Positions 18,767 through 28,891 of a stretch of 63,648 bases of DNA are shown one piece after another. Under the pieces are notes generated by a model. That model was given only the letters and a program-made list of their open reading frames with translations. It had not been told where the DNA came from and did no database searches. The first letter of the stretch is position 1. Every line of letters starts with the position of its first letter. The translations under genes and the position numbers were made by a program. Source of the DNA: an uncultured Erysipelotrichaceae bacterium (GTDB lineage Bacteria > Bacillota_I > Bacilli_A > RFN20 > CAG-826); assembly GCA_902794835.1 (NCBI GenBank), contig CADBIO010000004.1, positions 1-63,648 on the forward strand, written 5' to 3'.

Positions 18767-20050
18767 ATGGAACAAGCCAACGTCACCGATACCTATCGAG
18801 TTTATCAAGAAAGTATCTTCTCCTCTAATGATGTAGGATATCTTCTTGATTTCTATGCCCCGATTTTGGGACTAAAAACCATTTCCATCTATCTTGGCTT
18901 GCGGAATGAAAGAAGTGGGGAAAGTCACCCACATTCGGAATTCTACCTTAAATATCAAATCTCCGAAGGGGAATTTTTCAATGCGTTAGAAGCCCTAGAA
19001 GCCATCGGTTTGGTCGTCACTTATCGACTCAAAAAAAGCGAGGGCAATTCTTTTGCCTACGCCATTTACTCTCCCAGGGGCCCGAAAGAATTTTTCTCGA
19101 ATGAATTATTGGTAGGCACCCTAAGGCGGTTTATCGGGGAACAACGAGTCGATGCGATCGTTTCTAAATATCGTCTTGAGCCTCTGCCTGAGGGATATGA
19201 GAATATTTCCAAGAAATTCATGGATTATTTCCAATTGGACCCCAAAGAGGATGTTTATCATTCCATCACTTCTTCCATCGGAGGTTCCAAATACGCCCCA
19301 ATTAGCCTCTATTTCGACAAAAAGAAATTCCTCGATGCCTTAAAAGAAGAATTGCCTGCCATCAAAGAGAACACTTTAAGCCAGGCTGAATATACCAAAG
19401 TCGCGCGTTTTGCCGCTCTTTACGCTTTCGATGAAGAAGCCATCGCCTCTTTGACGGCCCAAGCTTTGCGCTTAGGGAAAGATTATGGGGAACGTGTCGA
19501 TTTTCCGAAACTTTCGCAATTGTGCCTCGAAAATGATTCCCGGCCTTATATGCATCGATCTCAGGGCAAAAATTCGGAGATTCATGGAAATAGTGGCATC
19601 GCCCAAATGGTTCGAGCGATGGATTCCTTAAGTGCCGTCGATTTCCTTTCCAAACTCCAAAAAGGCGGAAAACCCGCCTCCAGCGATTTAAAACTCATCA
19701 ATACCCTCGTCGGAGAAATGGGGTTGCCAGAGAACGTCTGCAACGCCCTTGTTTTCTATGTCTTGCAAATCAAAGAAAACGTCCTAAACGCTTCTTATGT
19801 GGAAAAATTAGCAGGCTCTTTGGTTCGAGAGGGCTGTCTCACCGCCATCGATGCCCTCAATTATTTAGGGAAGACGGGCTCATCTTTGAAAAAGAGGGGC
19901 AAAAAAGAGGAAAACAAGAAAACCATCGTTCCAAAGAAAGAGAATAAGAAAGACCCTGTCGAGGAAAAGCCAGTCGTTACGCCATCGGTGGCCCCAACGG
20001 AGGAAGATGACGAAGAAGACGATTACGAAGCTTTGTTGGAAAGCTTATAA
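18767..20050 (+). CDS. dnaB: Replication initiation / helicase-loading protein DnaB (Bacillus-type, DnaD-domain family)
   Basis: 427 aa, immediately upstream of dnaI as in B. subtilis. The N-terminal YRVYQES...LLDFYAPILG pattern and the acidic/basic C-terminal tail fit this family. The assignment rests on synteny plus general resemblance. Confidence 0.7.
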   Translation: MEQANVTDTYRVYQESIFSSNDVGYLLDFYAPILGLKTISIYLGLRNERSGESHPHSEFYLKYQISEGEFFNALEALEAIGLVVTYRLKKSEGNSFAYAIYSPRGPKEFFSNELLVGTLRRFIGEQRVDAIVSKYRLEPLPEGYENISKKFMDYFQLDPKEDVYHSITSSIGGSKYAPISLYFDKKKFLDALKEELPAIKENTLSQAEYTKVARFAALYAFDEEAIASLTAQALRLGKDYGERVDFPKLSQLCLENDSRPYMHRSQGKNSEIHGNSGIAQMVRAMDSLSAVDFLSKLQKGGKPASSDLKLINTLVGEMGLPENVCNALVFYVLQIKENVLNASYVEKLAGSLVREGCLTAIDALNYLGKTGSSLKKRGKKEENKKTIVPKKENKKDPVEEKPVVTPSVAPTEEDDEEDDYEALLESL

Positions 20051-20061
20051 AGGAGAGAAAA

Positions 20062-20982
20062 ATGAGGGAAGATTTCGATCAAATCAAAAATGTGGATAGT
20101 GGAGTGAAGACCAATTCTTTCAGCGTGGAATCTTTGCTTGCCGAAATCAAGAACGATCGTCCTTTGATGGCGAAATTAAAAGAGCTCGGAATCGGAGAAG
20201 AAGAGCTTCTTTCTTATCTTCCTATCCTGGTTTCTTATCAAGACAATCAAAAAGAGATCGCCGCCGAAGAGAAAGATTTCAATGGAGAAACCCCCTCGAC
20301 GATGCAAATGGTATTAGAAATATCCGACGCTGGAAAACTTTCCTTCCATTATGAAGAAACCACCTTCCAAAAAGAGAAACGCCGCCTTTTGGAAAATTAT
20401 TATCTCCGCGATTTCCCGGATGCCTGGCTTACCGCCTCCGTGAAAAGTTTCAAAACAGCCCGCGAGAAAGCGTTAAAGAAAATCATCTCCTCCCCATTAC
20501 GTCGCGAAATCCTTAAAAAATGGGTGTACCTTTATGGGGAGCAGGGGGGTGGCAAATCCTACGCTTTAGCCGCCATTGCCAACGACCTTGCCAGGCAGAA
20601 CAAAAAAGTCGCTTTCATTAACGCCAATCAACGCTTCGATGAACTCAAAGGTTTGGCCGTCAAAGAGAAAAACAAATTCGATGAAGTGATGAAAACCTTA
20701 GAATCCATCGAATATCTCGTTATCGATGAATTTGGCTCTGAATTCAAATCCGATTATGTTAGAGACCAAATCGTCTTGCCTCTTCTCTCCGAACGTTCCA
20801 AGGAACATCGCATCACTTTCTTCGCCTCGGATTATTCCTTAGAGGAAATCGAAGAATTATATGGGGCGAAATATGGCGGAAGGCTGATCGCCAAAAAACT
20901 GGTCTCTTTAATTCGGAACAATCTCGACCCCAAAGCAGAATGCCATGTCGAACGGGGATTGGAAAATATGCTTTCTCGTTAA
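20062..20982 (+). CDS. dnaI: Primosomal helicase loader DnaI
   Basis: AAA+ C-domain: VYLYGEQGGGKSYAL (Walker A) and YLVIDEFG (Walker B); 306 aa. Confidence 0.88.
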   Translation: MREDFDQIKNVDSGVKTNSFSVESLLAEIKNDRPLMAKLKELGIGEEELLSYLPILVSYQDNQKEIAAEEKDFNGETPSTMQMVLEISDAGKLSFHYEETTFQKEKRRLLENYYLRDFPDAWLTASVKSFKTAREKALKKIISSPLRREILKKWVYLYGEQGGGKSYALAAIANDLARQNKKVAFINANQRFDELKGLAVKEKNKFDEVMKTLESIEYLVIDEFGSEFKSDYVRDQIVLPLLSERSKEHRITFFASDYSLEEIEELYGAKYGGRLIAKKLVSLIRNNLDPKAECHVERGLENMLSR

Positions 20983-21536
20983 AGGAAAGGGCAAGAATCC
21001 AGCTGTTTTCTTAAATTGGCTAAGTCGCCAGAGCCATCAAGGATGATCCCGGCGGCTTTTTTTAATGCCCCCAGAGGGAAATCACGATTCAACGCCAAAG
21101 ATTTTTCGACATCGACCCCTCGACTTTGGAGCCGTTTTTCTCGTGTTTTTTGATCGGCAATCACCGCGATAATCAAATCACATTCGTTTTCGATCGGAGA
21201 TCCAATCAAAAGAGGCATATCAACCACGATTTTCTTATATTTTCCATGATCGATCGCCTCTTGCGTTTTCTGAAAGACGTAAGGATGGATGAGACGATTC
21301 AAAAGGAGTCTTTTCTCCTTGTTTTCTGCGACCAAAGAAAGCAATTTTTTACGATCGATTCTGCCAGAACGAAAAATCTCATCGCCAAATTCTTTTCTTA
21401 AGGTTTCTTGGATTTTGGGATCTTGGTAAGACTGATGGGCAAGATGGTCGGCATCCAAAATGTGGTATCCTTTTTCCTTTAAATAAGAAGTGACGCTGCT
21501 TTTGCCTGAGGCGATAGGCCCAGACACACCGACCAC
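20979..21536 (-). CDS. coaE: Dephospho-CoA kinase domain, in-frame continuation of the mutM reading frame (no own start seen)
   Basis: VVGVSGPIASGKSSVTSYLKEKGYHILDADHLAHQ... has a P-loop and the CoaE pattern. No stop separates it from the Fpg zinc finger (CPICQHSTRPF-VVGVSGP). Confidence 0.85.
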   Translation of the reverse strand: MVGVSGPIASGKSSVTSYLKEKGYHILDADHLAHQSYQDPKIQETLRKEFGDEIFRSGRIDRKKLLSLVAENKEKRLLLNRLIHPYVFQKTQEAIDHGKYKKIVVDMPLLIGSPIENECDLIIAVIADQKTREKRLQSRGVDVEKSLALNRDFPLGALKKAAGIILDGSGDLANLRKQLDSCPFL

Positions 21537-22403
21537 GAAGGGGCGGGTGGAGTGCTGGCAGATCGGGCAATAAACGGTTCCACGGCCCCCTAAAGAGATT
21601 TTTCTTAATGGGGCATGGCACCGAGAACAAGGCTCTCCTTGTCTGCCATAGGCTTGGAGGGAATTTTGCATCCTCCCGGTGACGCCTTCTTTCGGATGAT
21701 AAGATTTGATGGTGGAGCCCCCTTGCTCAATGGCTTCCTTTAAGACTTCTCGAGCTTCTTTTAAGATGGTTTCTGCCTGGGGCTTGGAAAGGAGACCTGC
21801 GTTCATACGAGGGTCGATCTTCGCTCGATAAAGAATCTCGCAATCATAGATGTTGCCAATCCCAGAAATGAAGTTTTGATCGAGCAAAACTTCCTTAATT
21901 GGCTTATTTTTTCTCTTTTTTAACCCAGCGTAGAAATCAGCGGGGTCCATCTCCATCGGCTCGGGCCCGATTTGATTTAGCGGTGGAGTGGAGAAAAGAT
22001 CCTTTTCCTTTTTCAATTCGATGGTCCCGAATTTTCTCACGTCGTTGTAGCGAAGAGAGGTCCCATCGTCAAAATCGTAAATCAAAAGGTCATGTTTCTG
22101 AGGAGCTTAAATCAAAAGGTCATGTTTCTGAGGAGCTTCTTTGGCTTTCCCTTCGAAATATTTCCCTTCCATCCGAAGATGGGAGACGATGACTTTTTCA
22201 TTGGTGAGATGAAAGAGAATGTATTTTCCCTTCCGCGTGACATTTAAGAAAGTCTCGCCAGCAAGAGAAGAGATGAATTTTTTGGCCCCGGAAAGGATGT
22301 TTTTCTCGCGAAACACCCTCACCGAAAGAATCTTTTTCCCTTGGAGAAAGGGATTTAGGATTCGTACGACAGTTTCAACTTCTGGGAGTTCAGGCATAAT
22401 CAA
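21537..22403 (-). pseudogene. mutM: Formamidopyrimidine-DNA glycosylase (Fpg/MutM) frame interrupted by TAA at 22110-22108
   Basis: N-terminal fragment MPELPEVETV...HLRMEGKYF...KHDLLI* (22403-22107). It continues as (L)IYDFDDGTSLRYNDVRKFG ... CSRCHAPLRKISLGGRGTVYCPICQ (zinc finger). The stop lies at the junction of a 30-bp duplication. Confidence 0.85.
22078..22137. repeat. Perfect 30-bp tandem duplication (2 copies)
   Basis: taaatcaaaaggtcatgtttctgaggagct occurs at 22078-22107 and again at 22108-22137. Confidence 0.98.
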
Positions 22404-24997
22404 TCCTTTGCCTCATACCAACTATGGCCAACGCCCGCCTCAACGGTGAGCTTCACTGGCAATTGAATGGCGTTTTCCATGATTTTCGTGACATTTTCTT
22501 TCACGAAATCAAGCTCGTCTTTCGGAACGCGGAAAAGCAATTCGTCATGGATTTGCAAGACCATCTTCGTCTTGAGCTTGTTCTCGCTTAAGAAACGATC
22601 GACTTGAACCATCGCCAATTTGATCAAATCGGCAGCAGACCCCTGGACTGGGGCATTCAAGGCGGCGCGTCTTGCGGCTTCGCGCTTCATATAATTCGAA
22701 TCATTGATCTCTCTAAGATACCTTCTTCTCCCAAACATCGTCGTCACATAGCCTTTGGTTTCGGCATCGTGGATGATGCGATTCAGATAATCGCCGACTT
22801 CTGGATAAGAGAGATAGAAATTCCGGATCACTTCCTTGGCAACCTCCCAAGAGGCGTCGATTTGTTGTGCCAAGCCAAAGACGGTGGTGCCGTAAATGAT
22901 GGCAAAATTGACGGCTTTGGCACGGCGTCTCATCAAAGAATCGACCTCCTCGACATGAAAAATCATTTTGGCGGTCTCGGTATGGACATCGCGTCCTGAA
23001 TTGAAGACGTCAATATATTTCTTGCAAGAAGATAAAGCGGCAAGGATACGTAATTCGATTTGATGATAATCCAAAGAAAGCATCACGACATCAGGGTCGT
23101 CATAATAGAAAGCTTTTCTGATTTGCGCCCCTTCTTCGTCCCTGGCGCTGATATTTTGAAGATTCGGAGAGGAGGAAGAAAGCCGACCGGTAGAGGTCTG
23201 CGCCTGGTTGAAATAAGAATGAATGTGTCCATCTTCTTTGATGAATGGCTCTAATCCCTCAATATAAGTGGACATCAGTTTGGCATATTTCCGATAGGTG
23301 AGAATCGCTGGGATCACAGGATGGTCGTGTTGCAATTCGGTCAAGACTTCGACGGAAGTGGAGCCTTTTTTCGGGTTTCTCAATTTCAGATCGTCGAAAA
23401 GGACCTCCCCGACTTGTTTTGGGGAATTGATGTTGAATTCCTTTCCTGCGAGACGATAAACCTCATTTTGCCAATGATTCCTTTTGGCGGCAAATTCTCT
23501 GCCATAATCTTCCAAAACCTCTTGATGAAGCGGGAATCCCTCGATTTCCATCTTGGCAAGAACGAGCATCAAGGGCATTTCGACTTCCGAATAAAGACGG
23601 TAAGCGTCGACGGATTTTAGGCTGTTGATGGCTTTATCGACCAACTCATTGGCGTAATAAGCCATCCTCATCGTGGTTTTTCTTTTGCCGGAAGAAAGCA
23701 AAGACATGCCTTCCTCCTCGACATCGATATCCACCCCGAAGGAAGAATAGACCAAGGATGGGTTGGAAGTAATCGAGCTATCTAGAAGATAGGCGGCGAG
23801 AAGAAGATCGTTTTTGATGCCTTTTAATTCCACGCCTAAGGAATGAAGGGCGTAAATGGTGGCTTTGCCATCATAAACGTTTTTCTCAAAAGAAGGCTCT
23901 TCCAAGATGTTCTGAATCAAACGATCCTTCAAGAAATTCTCGATGCTTTGGTAGAAGACCTCTCCGTCGCTCGAAATGGCAATGCCCAAGGGCTTTTCGT
24001 CGTGATATTCATTAAAATCAAGGTCAAGGGCCACGCCTAAAGGAGCAGAAAGAGAGACGCCTTGGAAAGATTCAATCTCTTTTTCGACGATTTCTTTCTT
24101 TTCTTTCGCTCCGATTTTCAAAGAGAGAGGGAGACGGGAAAGGAATTGCTTCAATTCGTATTTGTTGGCGAAGGCGTTGACTTCTTCGAATCGATATCCA
24201 TGATATTCCAGATCTTCTAAAGTGAAAGGCAAGGAAGCATCAGTCACAATCGTGGCAAGATGATAGCATTGTCTGCCCAAGGAGGCGTTTTCGACGATGC
24301 TTTGCCAGACTTTTCCTTTTTGCGTGGGGGCGACTTCGAGGATTTTCTCAAAAGAGCCATATTCATTGATCAATTTGACTGCCGTCTTATCGCCAACCCC
24401 GGGGATGCCAGGAAGATTGTCAGAGGAATCCCCTCTAAGACCCTTGAAATCGATGATCTGCAAAGGCTCAAAGCCAAATTTCTCTTTCATGTTTCCCTGG
24501 GTGACAAGGTCCATATTTGAGAGACCGGTTTTTAGTAAGGAAATGGAGATATGTTCGTCGATTAATTGAAGATAGTCTTTATCGGAAGTGTAGACTTTGA
24601 CTTCATATCCGTGCTGCGAGCCCCATTTGGCGACGGTGCCACAGATATCATCGGCTTCAATTCCATGTTCTTCATAACAAAGGATTCCCAAAGCCTTGCA
24701 AAGATCGCGAGAAAGGGGGAATTGTTTGACCAAATCTGGCGGAACTGGCTTACGATTGGCTTTATAGGCCCCGAATTCCTCTTTGCGGAAGGTGTGGCCA
24801 TCGGCGTCGAAGCCAATGAAGATCGATTCTCCCCCTTGAAAAGAAGAAAGAATCTTGGCCAACATATTGGCAAAGGCGAAAATCGCATTGGTCGGCGTCC
24901 CATCTTTGGTGGACATGATCGCCCCTCCGCCATAAGCGGTGGCATAATAGGCGCGGAATAAGAGGCTATTGCCGTCAATGACGAGTAATTTTTTCAT
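22400..24997 (-). CDS. polA: DNA polymerase I
   Basis: LLVIDGNSLLFRAYYA (5'-nuclease), DYHQIELRILA (motif A), RRRAKAVNFAIIYG (motif B), LQIHDELLF (motif C); 865 aa; the stop overlaps the mutM start. Confidence 0.96.
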   Translation of the reverse strand: MKKLLVIDGNSLLFRAYYATAYGGGAIMSTKDGTPTNAIFAFANMLAKILSSFQGGESIFIGFDADGHTFRKEEFGAYKANRKPVPPDLVKQFPLSRDLCKALGILCYEEHGIEADDICGTVAKWGSQHGYEVKVYTSDKDYLQLIDEHISISLLKTGLSNMDLVTQGNMKEKFGFEPLQIIDFKGLRGDSSDNLPGIPGVGDKTAVKLINEYGSFEKILEVAPTQKGKVWQSIVENASLGRQCYHLATIVTDASLPFTLEDLEYHGYRFEEVNAFANKYELKQFLSRLPLSLKIGAKEKKEIVEKEIESFQGVSLSAPLGVALDLDFNEYHDEKPLGIAISSDGEVFYQSIENFLKDRLIQNILEEPSFEKNVYDGKATIYALHSLGVELKGIKNDLLLAAYLLDSSITSNPSLVYSSFGVDIDVEEEGMSLLSSGKRKTTMRMAYYANELVDKAINSLKSVDAYRLYSEVEMPLMLVLAKMEIEGFPLHQEVLEDYGREFAAKRNHWQNEVYRLAGKEFNINSPKQVGEVLFDDLKLRNPKKGSTSVEVLTELQHDHPVIPAILTYRKYAKLMSTYIEGLEPFIKEDGHIHSYFNQAQTSTGRLSSSSPNLQNISARDEEGAQIRKAFYYDDPDVVMLSLDYHQIELRILAALSSCKKYIDVFNSGRDVHTETAKMIFHVEEVDSLMRRRAKAVNFAIIYGTTVFGLAQQIDASWEVAKEVIRNFYLSYPEVGDYLNRIIHDAETKGYVTTMFGRRRYLREINDSNYMKREAARRAALNAPVQGSAADLIKLAMVQVDRFLSENKLKTKMVLQIHDELLFRVPKDELDFVKENVTKIMENAIQLPVKLTVEAGVGHSWYEAKD

Positions 24998-25001
24998 AAG
25001 G

Positions 25002-28000
25002 TTATTCTCCTAATAATGTAGCCTCATCGATGAGGTATGATCCTTGTTTGCGATTGTCTTTGTGACAACGGATCAGCAAGGCGGCATCCACTTTCAAGAA
25101 AGGGTAGCTTCTTTCATAAACTTCCGAGAACATCACGAATTCTTTTTCCGCGACGTCATCATAAAGCTGCAAGAAAGCCATCTTTTTGCCATTTTTGGTA
25201 TTGATTGCCCGGATGGATTTGACGATGCCTGCGCTTTGGAAGGAACCATAGGCATTCTCTAAATTGTCCAAGGAGACGATTCTTTCTTGGGAAAGCCTTT
25301 CCCGATAAAGCGACAGCGGAGAGCCGGAAACCATCATCCCCAAAGCCTCATATTCTTTGGTGAGATTCAATTTGACATCGTCTTCGTGATATTCGATCAA
25401 AGGTTTGGAAATCCCTAAATCAATCAACAATTCCTGACCATCTTCGCCAAACATCATCTGGGCATATTCCATCGCTTTGTAAGCGTTCGTTCTCAGACTT
25501 TCTCGAGAAGACAGCAGCGAATCAAGAGCCCCCGCGTCAATCAGTTTCACCAAAGTCTGGAGGTTCAACCCATATTTGGCGGTTCTGGCGGCAAAGTCGA
25601 AGATATCGGTATATTTGCCATGTTCGTTCCGTTCATCGATCAGAGAAGCAAGGAAACGGTTTTGCATTCCTTTGATCAAGGAAAGCGGGAAACGAAGATT
25701 TCCCCCATCGATCACAAACCCCATCTCCGAAAGATTCACATCAGGGACCCTAAGGCGAATCTTCATCCCTTTCAGTTCCGAGATGGTGTTGGTGAATTTC
25801 GCGTCTCCCGGGGACATGGAATCCAAAATGGCACAGTAGAATTCTTTCGGATAGTTGACTTTAAGATAGGCCATTTGGCAAGTGATGACCGCATAAGAGA
25901 AGGCGTGAGATTTATTGAATCCGTAATTGGCGAAGCGCAAGATCAATTCATAGACTTCCTCCGCCATCTGATAAGATTTGCCATTCGCCAGGCAACCTTT
26001 GAGGAAAGAGTCTTTCAATGATTCGAGCTTATCGACGTTTTTCTTAGAAATGGCACGTCGGAAAAGATCCGCTTGTCCATAATTGAAACCTGCCATCGCA
26101 CGGACGATTTGCATGATTTGCTCTTGATAGACGATAATGCCATAAGTGTCTTTGAGAATGGGCTCTAATTCAGGAGAAAGATAAGTCACAGGCTCCCGCC
26201 CTTGCTTTCTTGCGGCAAAAGAAGGGATGGATTCCATCGGCCCTGGACGGAATAAAGCCAGTAAGGCGGCCACTTCTTCGAAAGAGGTCGGCTGAACTTG
26301 GCGGATCGCCCGTTTCATGCCTCCGGATTCCAGTTGGAAAAGACCCATCACTTTGCCTTCGCGGATGATTCTAATCGCATTCTCATCATCATAAGGCAAA
26401 TCATGATAAGTCAGGCTCTTTCCCTCATATTTTTCAATCAAAGACAGGCATTCATCGATGATTGTGAGATTGCGAAGCCCCAAAAGGTCCATCTTCAAAA
26501 AGCCTTGCTCTTCCAAATAATCTTTCTCCAAACAGGCAACATAGCCGACTTCTGGGTTCTCTGAGGTCGGAAGAACTTCTGGCAGTGGGGCATCATTGAT
26601 GACGATTCCGGCGGCATGAAGGCCCGCTTGACGAGGCAAGCCTTCGATTTTGGAAGCCAAAGAGACTAGGGTGAGATAATATTGGTCAGAATCGACCTTT
26701 TCTTTGAATTTCGGGGAATTCCGGTAATTGTAGCGAAGACTCTGATAAGGATACATCAAGGTGTCAATGATCGGTGAGATCTCTTTTTTATCGTCATAGC
26801 CATAGACCCTGCCGACGTCTCTTAATGCTTGCTTGGCCAAAATCGTTTGAGTGGTCAAAACATGGCCAACCCGGTCCGCGCCCCATTTTTTTCGCAGATA
26901 ATCGACGACTCGATCTCGGGAAACATCGGCGAAATCGACGTCGATATCCGGCATTGATTGACGTTCTGGGTTTAAGAAACGTTCGAAAATCAGATTGTAT
27001 TTGATGGGGTCTAATTCCACGATCCCTAGACAATAAGAAACCAATGATCCGGCCCCTGAGCCTCTGCCTGGGCCAACGGAAACCCCATTGTTTTTCGCCC
27101 AATTGACATAATCGGCGACCAAAAGGAAATAATCGGCGTATCCCATTTTGTTAATCACGGAAAGCTCATAGTCCACCCGTTCAAAATATTCTTCCGATGG
27201 GTTTGGCAGACGCTTTTTTAGTCCCTCCATCGTCAGCTTTTTTAGATAGTCTTCGCTGGATAGCCCCAAAGAATTGGGGAAGTGGAGGAGGCCACCGCGT
27301 TTTTGAATCAGTTGGAATGAGGCCTCGTTGGCGATTTTTGCCGTCACGTCGATTTCTTTTTTCAAATAAAAACCATAGATTTCATCTTTGGTCAAAAAAC
27401 AATCGTTCCCTGATTTCTCCTTCGAAATCAATGAGGCGTTATTCTGAATGGCGGAAAGAATCTCCAAGGCGATGGCGTCTTTTTTCTTTTCGTAACGAAG
27501 GAAAGGGAAAGCCACGGTGTCATAGGAATAATTGGCCGCGAAAGAACGGATCTGATTCACGTATTCTTTATTGTCTGGGCAGAAAGGAAGTCCTAGATAA
27601 TGTTCTTCGAAAGGCAATAATTTCTTGGATAAATCTTCGGCATAAGAAGGGATATCGCTTTCCGTTAGCCTTCCAAAGATCTCTGGGTCAGGCAAAAAGA
27701 CGAGAATGAGCCCGGCAGAATGCTTTTTCAAATCTTCGATGGTGATTTTCTCTTGCGAACAACGCAACGTCAGGGGCAACAGGTTGCGATATCCTTCCTC
27801 ATTTTTCACAAAAAGAGAGAAAGTATCGCCCCCAATCATCACATCCATCCCATAAATCGGCTTGATGTTCTGCTCTTTGGCGATATGCGTAAAAGGCGCA
27901 TAGCCTGACATCGACCCATGATCGCAGATGGCGATCGCCTCATAACCATATTTTTTGGCTAAAGCTGGGAGATATTGGGCTTTCAAGGCGCTTTGAAGGT

Positions 28001-28040
28001 ACGAGAAACCACTATAAACATGCAAAGGTACGAATGACAT
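25002..28040 (-). CDS. dnaE: DNA polymerase III alpha subunit (DnaE type)
   Basis: MSFVPLHVYSGFSYLQS (PHP domain), FLKMDLLGLRNLTII, YGFNKSHAFSYAV. The ATG at 28040 is chosen over the upstream alternative start in the track. Confidence 0.93.
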   Translation of the reverse strand: MSFVPLHVYSGFSYLQSALKAQYLPALAKKYGYEAIAICDHGSMSGYAPFTHIAKEQNIKPIYGMDVMIGGDTFSLFVKNEEGYRNLLPLTLRCSQEKITIEDLKKHSAGLILVFLPDPEIFGRLTESDIPSYAEDLSKKLLPFEEHYLGLPFCPDNKEYVNQIRSFAANYSYDTVAFPFLRYEKKKDAIALEILSAIQNNASLISKEKSGNDCFLTKDEIYGFYLKKEIDVTAKIANEASFQLIQKRGGLLHFPNSLGLSSEDYLKKLTMEGLKKRLPNPSEEYFERVDYELSVINKMGYADYFLLVADYVNWAKNNGVSVGPGRGSGAGSLVSYCLGIVELDPIKYNLIFERFLNPERQSMPDIDVDFADVSRDRVVDYLRKKWGADRVGHVLTTQTILAKQALRDVGRVYGYDDKKEISPIIDTLMYPYQSLRYNYRNSPKFKEKVDSDQYYLTLVSLASKIEGLPRQAGLHAAGIVINDAPLPEVLPTSENPEVGYVACLEKDYLEEQGFLKMDLLGLRNLTIIDECLSLIEKYEGKSLTYHDLPYDDENAIRIIREGKVMGLFQLESGGMKRAIRQVQPTSFEEVAALLALFRPGPMESIPSFAARKQGREPVTYLSPELEPILKDTYGIIVYQEQIMQIVRAMAGFNYGQADLFRRAISKKNVDKLESLKDSFLKGCLANGKSYQMAEEVYELILRFANYGFNKSHAFSYAVITCQMAYLKVNYPKEFYCAILDSMSPGDAKFTNTISELKGMKIRLRVPDVNLSEMGFVIDGGNLRFPLSLIKGMQNRFLASLIDERNEHGKYTDIFDFAARTAKYGLNLQTLVKLIDAGALDSLLSSRESLRTNAYKAMEYAQMMFGEDGQELLIDLGISKPLIEYHEDDVKLNLTKEYEALGMMVSGSPLSLYRERLSQERIVSLDNLENAYGSFQSAGIVKSIRAINTKNGKKMAFLQLYDDVAEKEFVMFSEVYERSYPFLKVDAALLIRCHKDNRKQGSYLIDEATLLGE

Positions 28041-28126
28041 ATCTAATTTATTATACTCAATTTTCCCTCCTTCTCCTATGGAGAACCACACCCTTATTGT
28101 AGTAAACTTAGGCAGGAGAAAAAACC

Positions 28127-28891
28127 ATGAAACTAATATCCTTCAACGTCAACGGCATCCGGGCCATTTTGAAAAAAGGCTTCGATGAGACTTTTTCTTC
28201 CTTCGATGCCGATATCTTCTTCATCCAAGAGACCAAATTCACCGAAAACGGCAAAGATCCCTTCCCGTTTTGGAAAGAAGGCTATCATCTTTATCAAAGG
28301 GTAAGCCAGGTGCGAAAGGGCTATAGTGGGGTGGCAGTATTAAGCAAAAAAGAGCCGTTAGCTGTCCATTATGGCCTCAAAGAAGGCAAATATGACGAGG
28401 AAGGGAGGGTCATCACGTTAGAATTCCCCGAATTTTATTTTGTCGGGGCTTATGTCCCTAATTCTGGGGATGGCCTCAAACGTCTTCCTTTCCGCGAACA
28501 ATATGAGGCTGATTTGTTGCTTTATCTTCAAGAACTAGATGCCAAAAAACCAGTGATCTATGCCGGGGATCTCAATGTCGCCCACGAAGAAATCGATATT
28601 AAAAACCCCGCGAGCAATCACAACAACGCGGGATTTACCGATGAAGAACGGGGGTGGTTCGGGAATTTACTCTCCCATGGCTTCGTGGACACCTTCCGTG
28701 CCTTATATCCCGACCAGGTCACTTATTCGTGGTGGAGCTATCGGTTCCATGCCAGAGAAAACAATGCCGGCTGGAGAATCGATTATTTTCTGGTTTCAAG
28801 CCGCCTTTTTCCCAAAGTCAAGGACAGCAGGATCCATACGGAAGTGATGGGATCGGATCATTGTCCCATCGAATTGGATTTAGATCTTTAG
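28127..28891 (+). CDS. xth: Exodeoxyribonuclease III / AP endonuclease
   Basis: FNVNGIRA, FIQETK, GDLNVAHEEIDI, SDHCPIELDL; 254 aa. Confidence 0.93.
   Translation: MKLISFNVNGIRAILKKGFDETFSSFDADIFFIQETKFTENGKDPFPFWKEGYHLYQRVSQVRKGYSGVAVLSKKEPLAVHYGLKEGKYDEEGRVITLEFPEFYFVGAYVPNSGDGLKRLPFREQYEADLLLYLQELDAKKPVIYAGDLNVAHEEIDIKNPASNHNNAGFTDEERGWFGNLLSHGFVDTFRALYPDQVTYSWWSYRFHARENNAGWRIDYFLVSSRLFPKVKDSRIHTEVMGSDHCPIELDLDL

Noticed and set aside
28041-28126. Possible unusual dnaE start (GGAGG sits 24 nt from the ATG, with TATAAT in between)
   Set aside because: I cannot decide from sequence alone between a leaderless or short-leader transcript and an upstream non-AUG start. I kept the ATG at 28040, which gives the conserved PHP-domain N-terminus.
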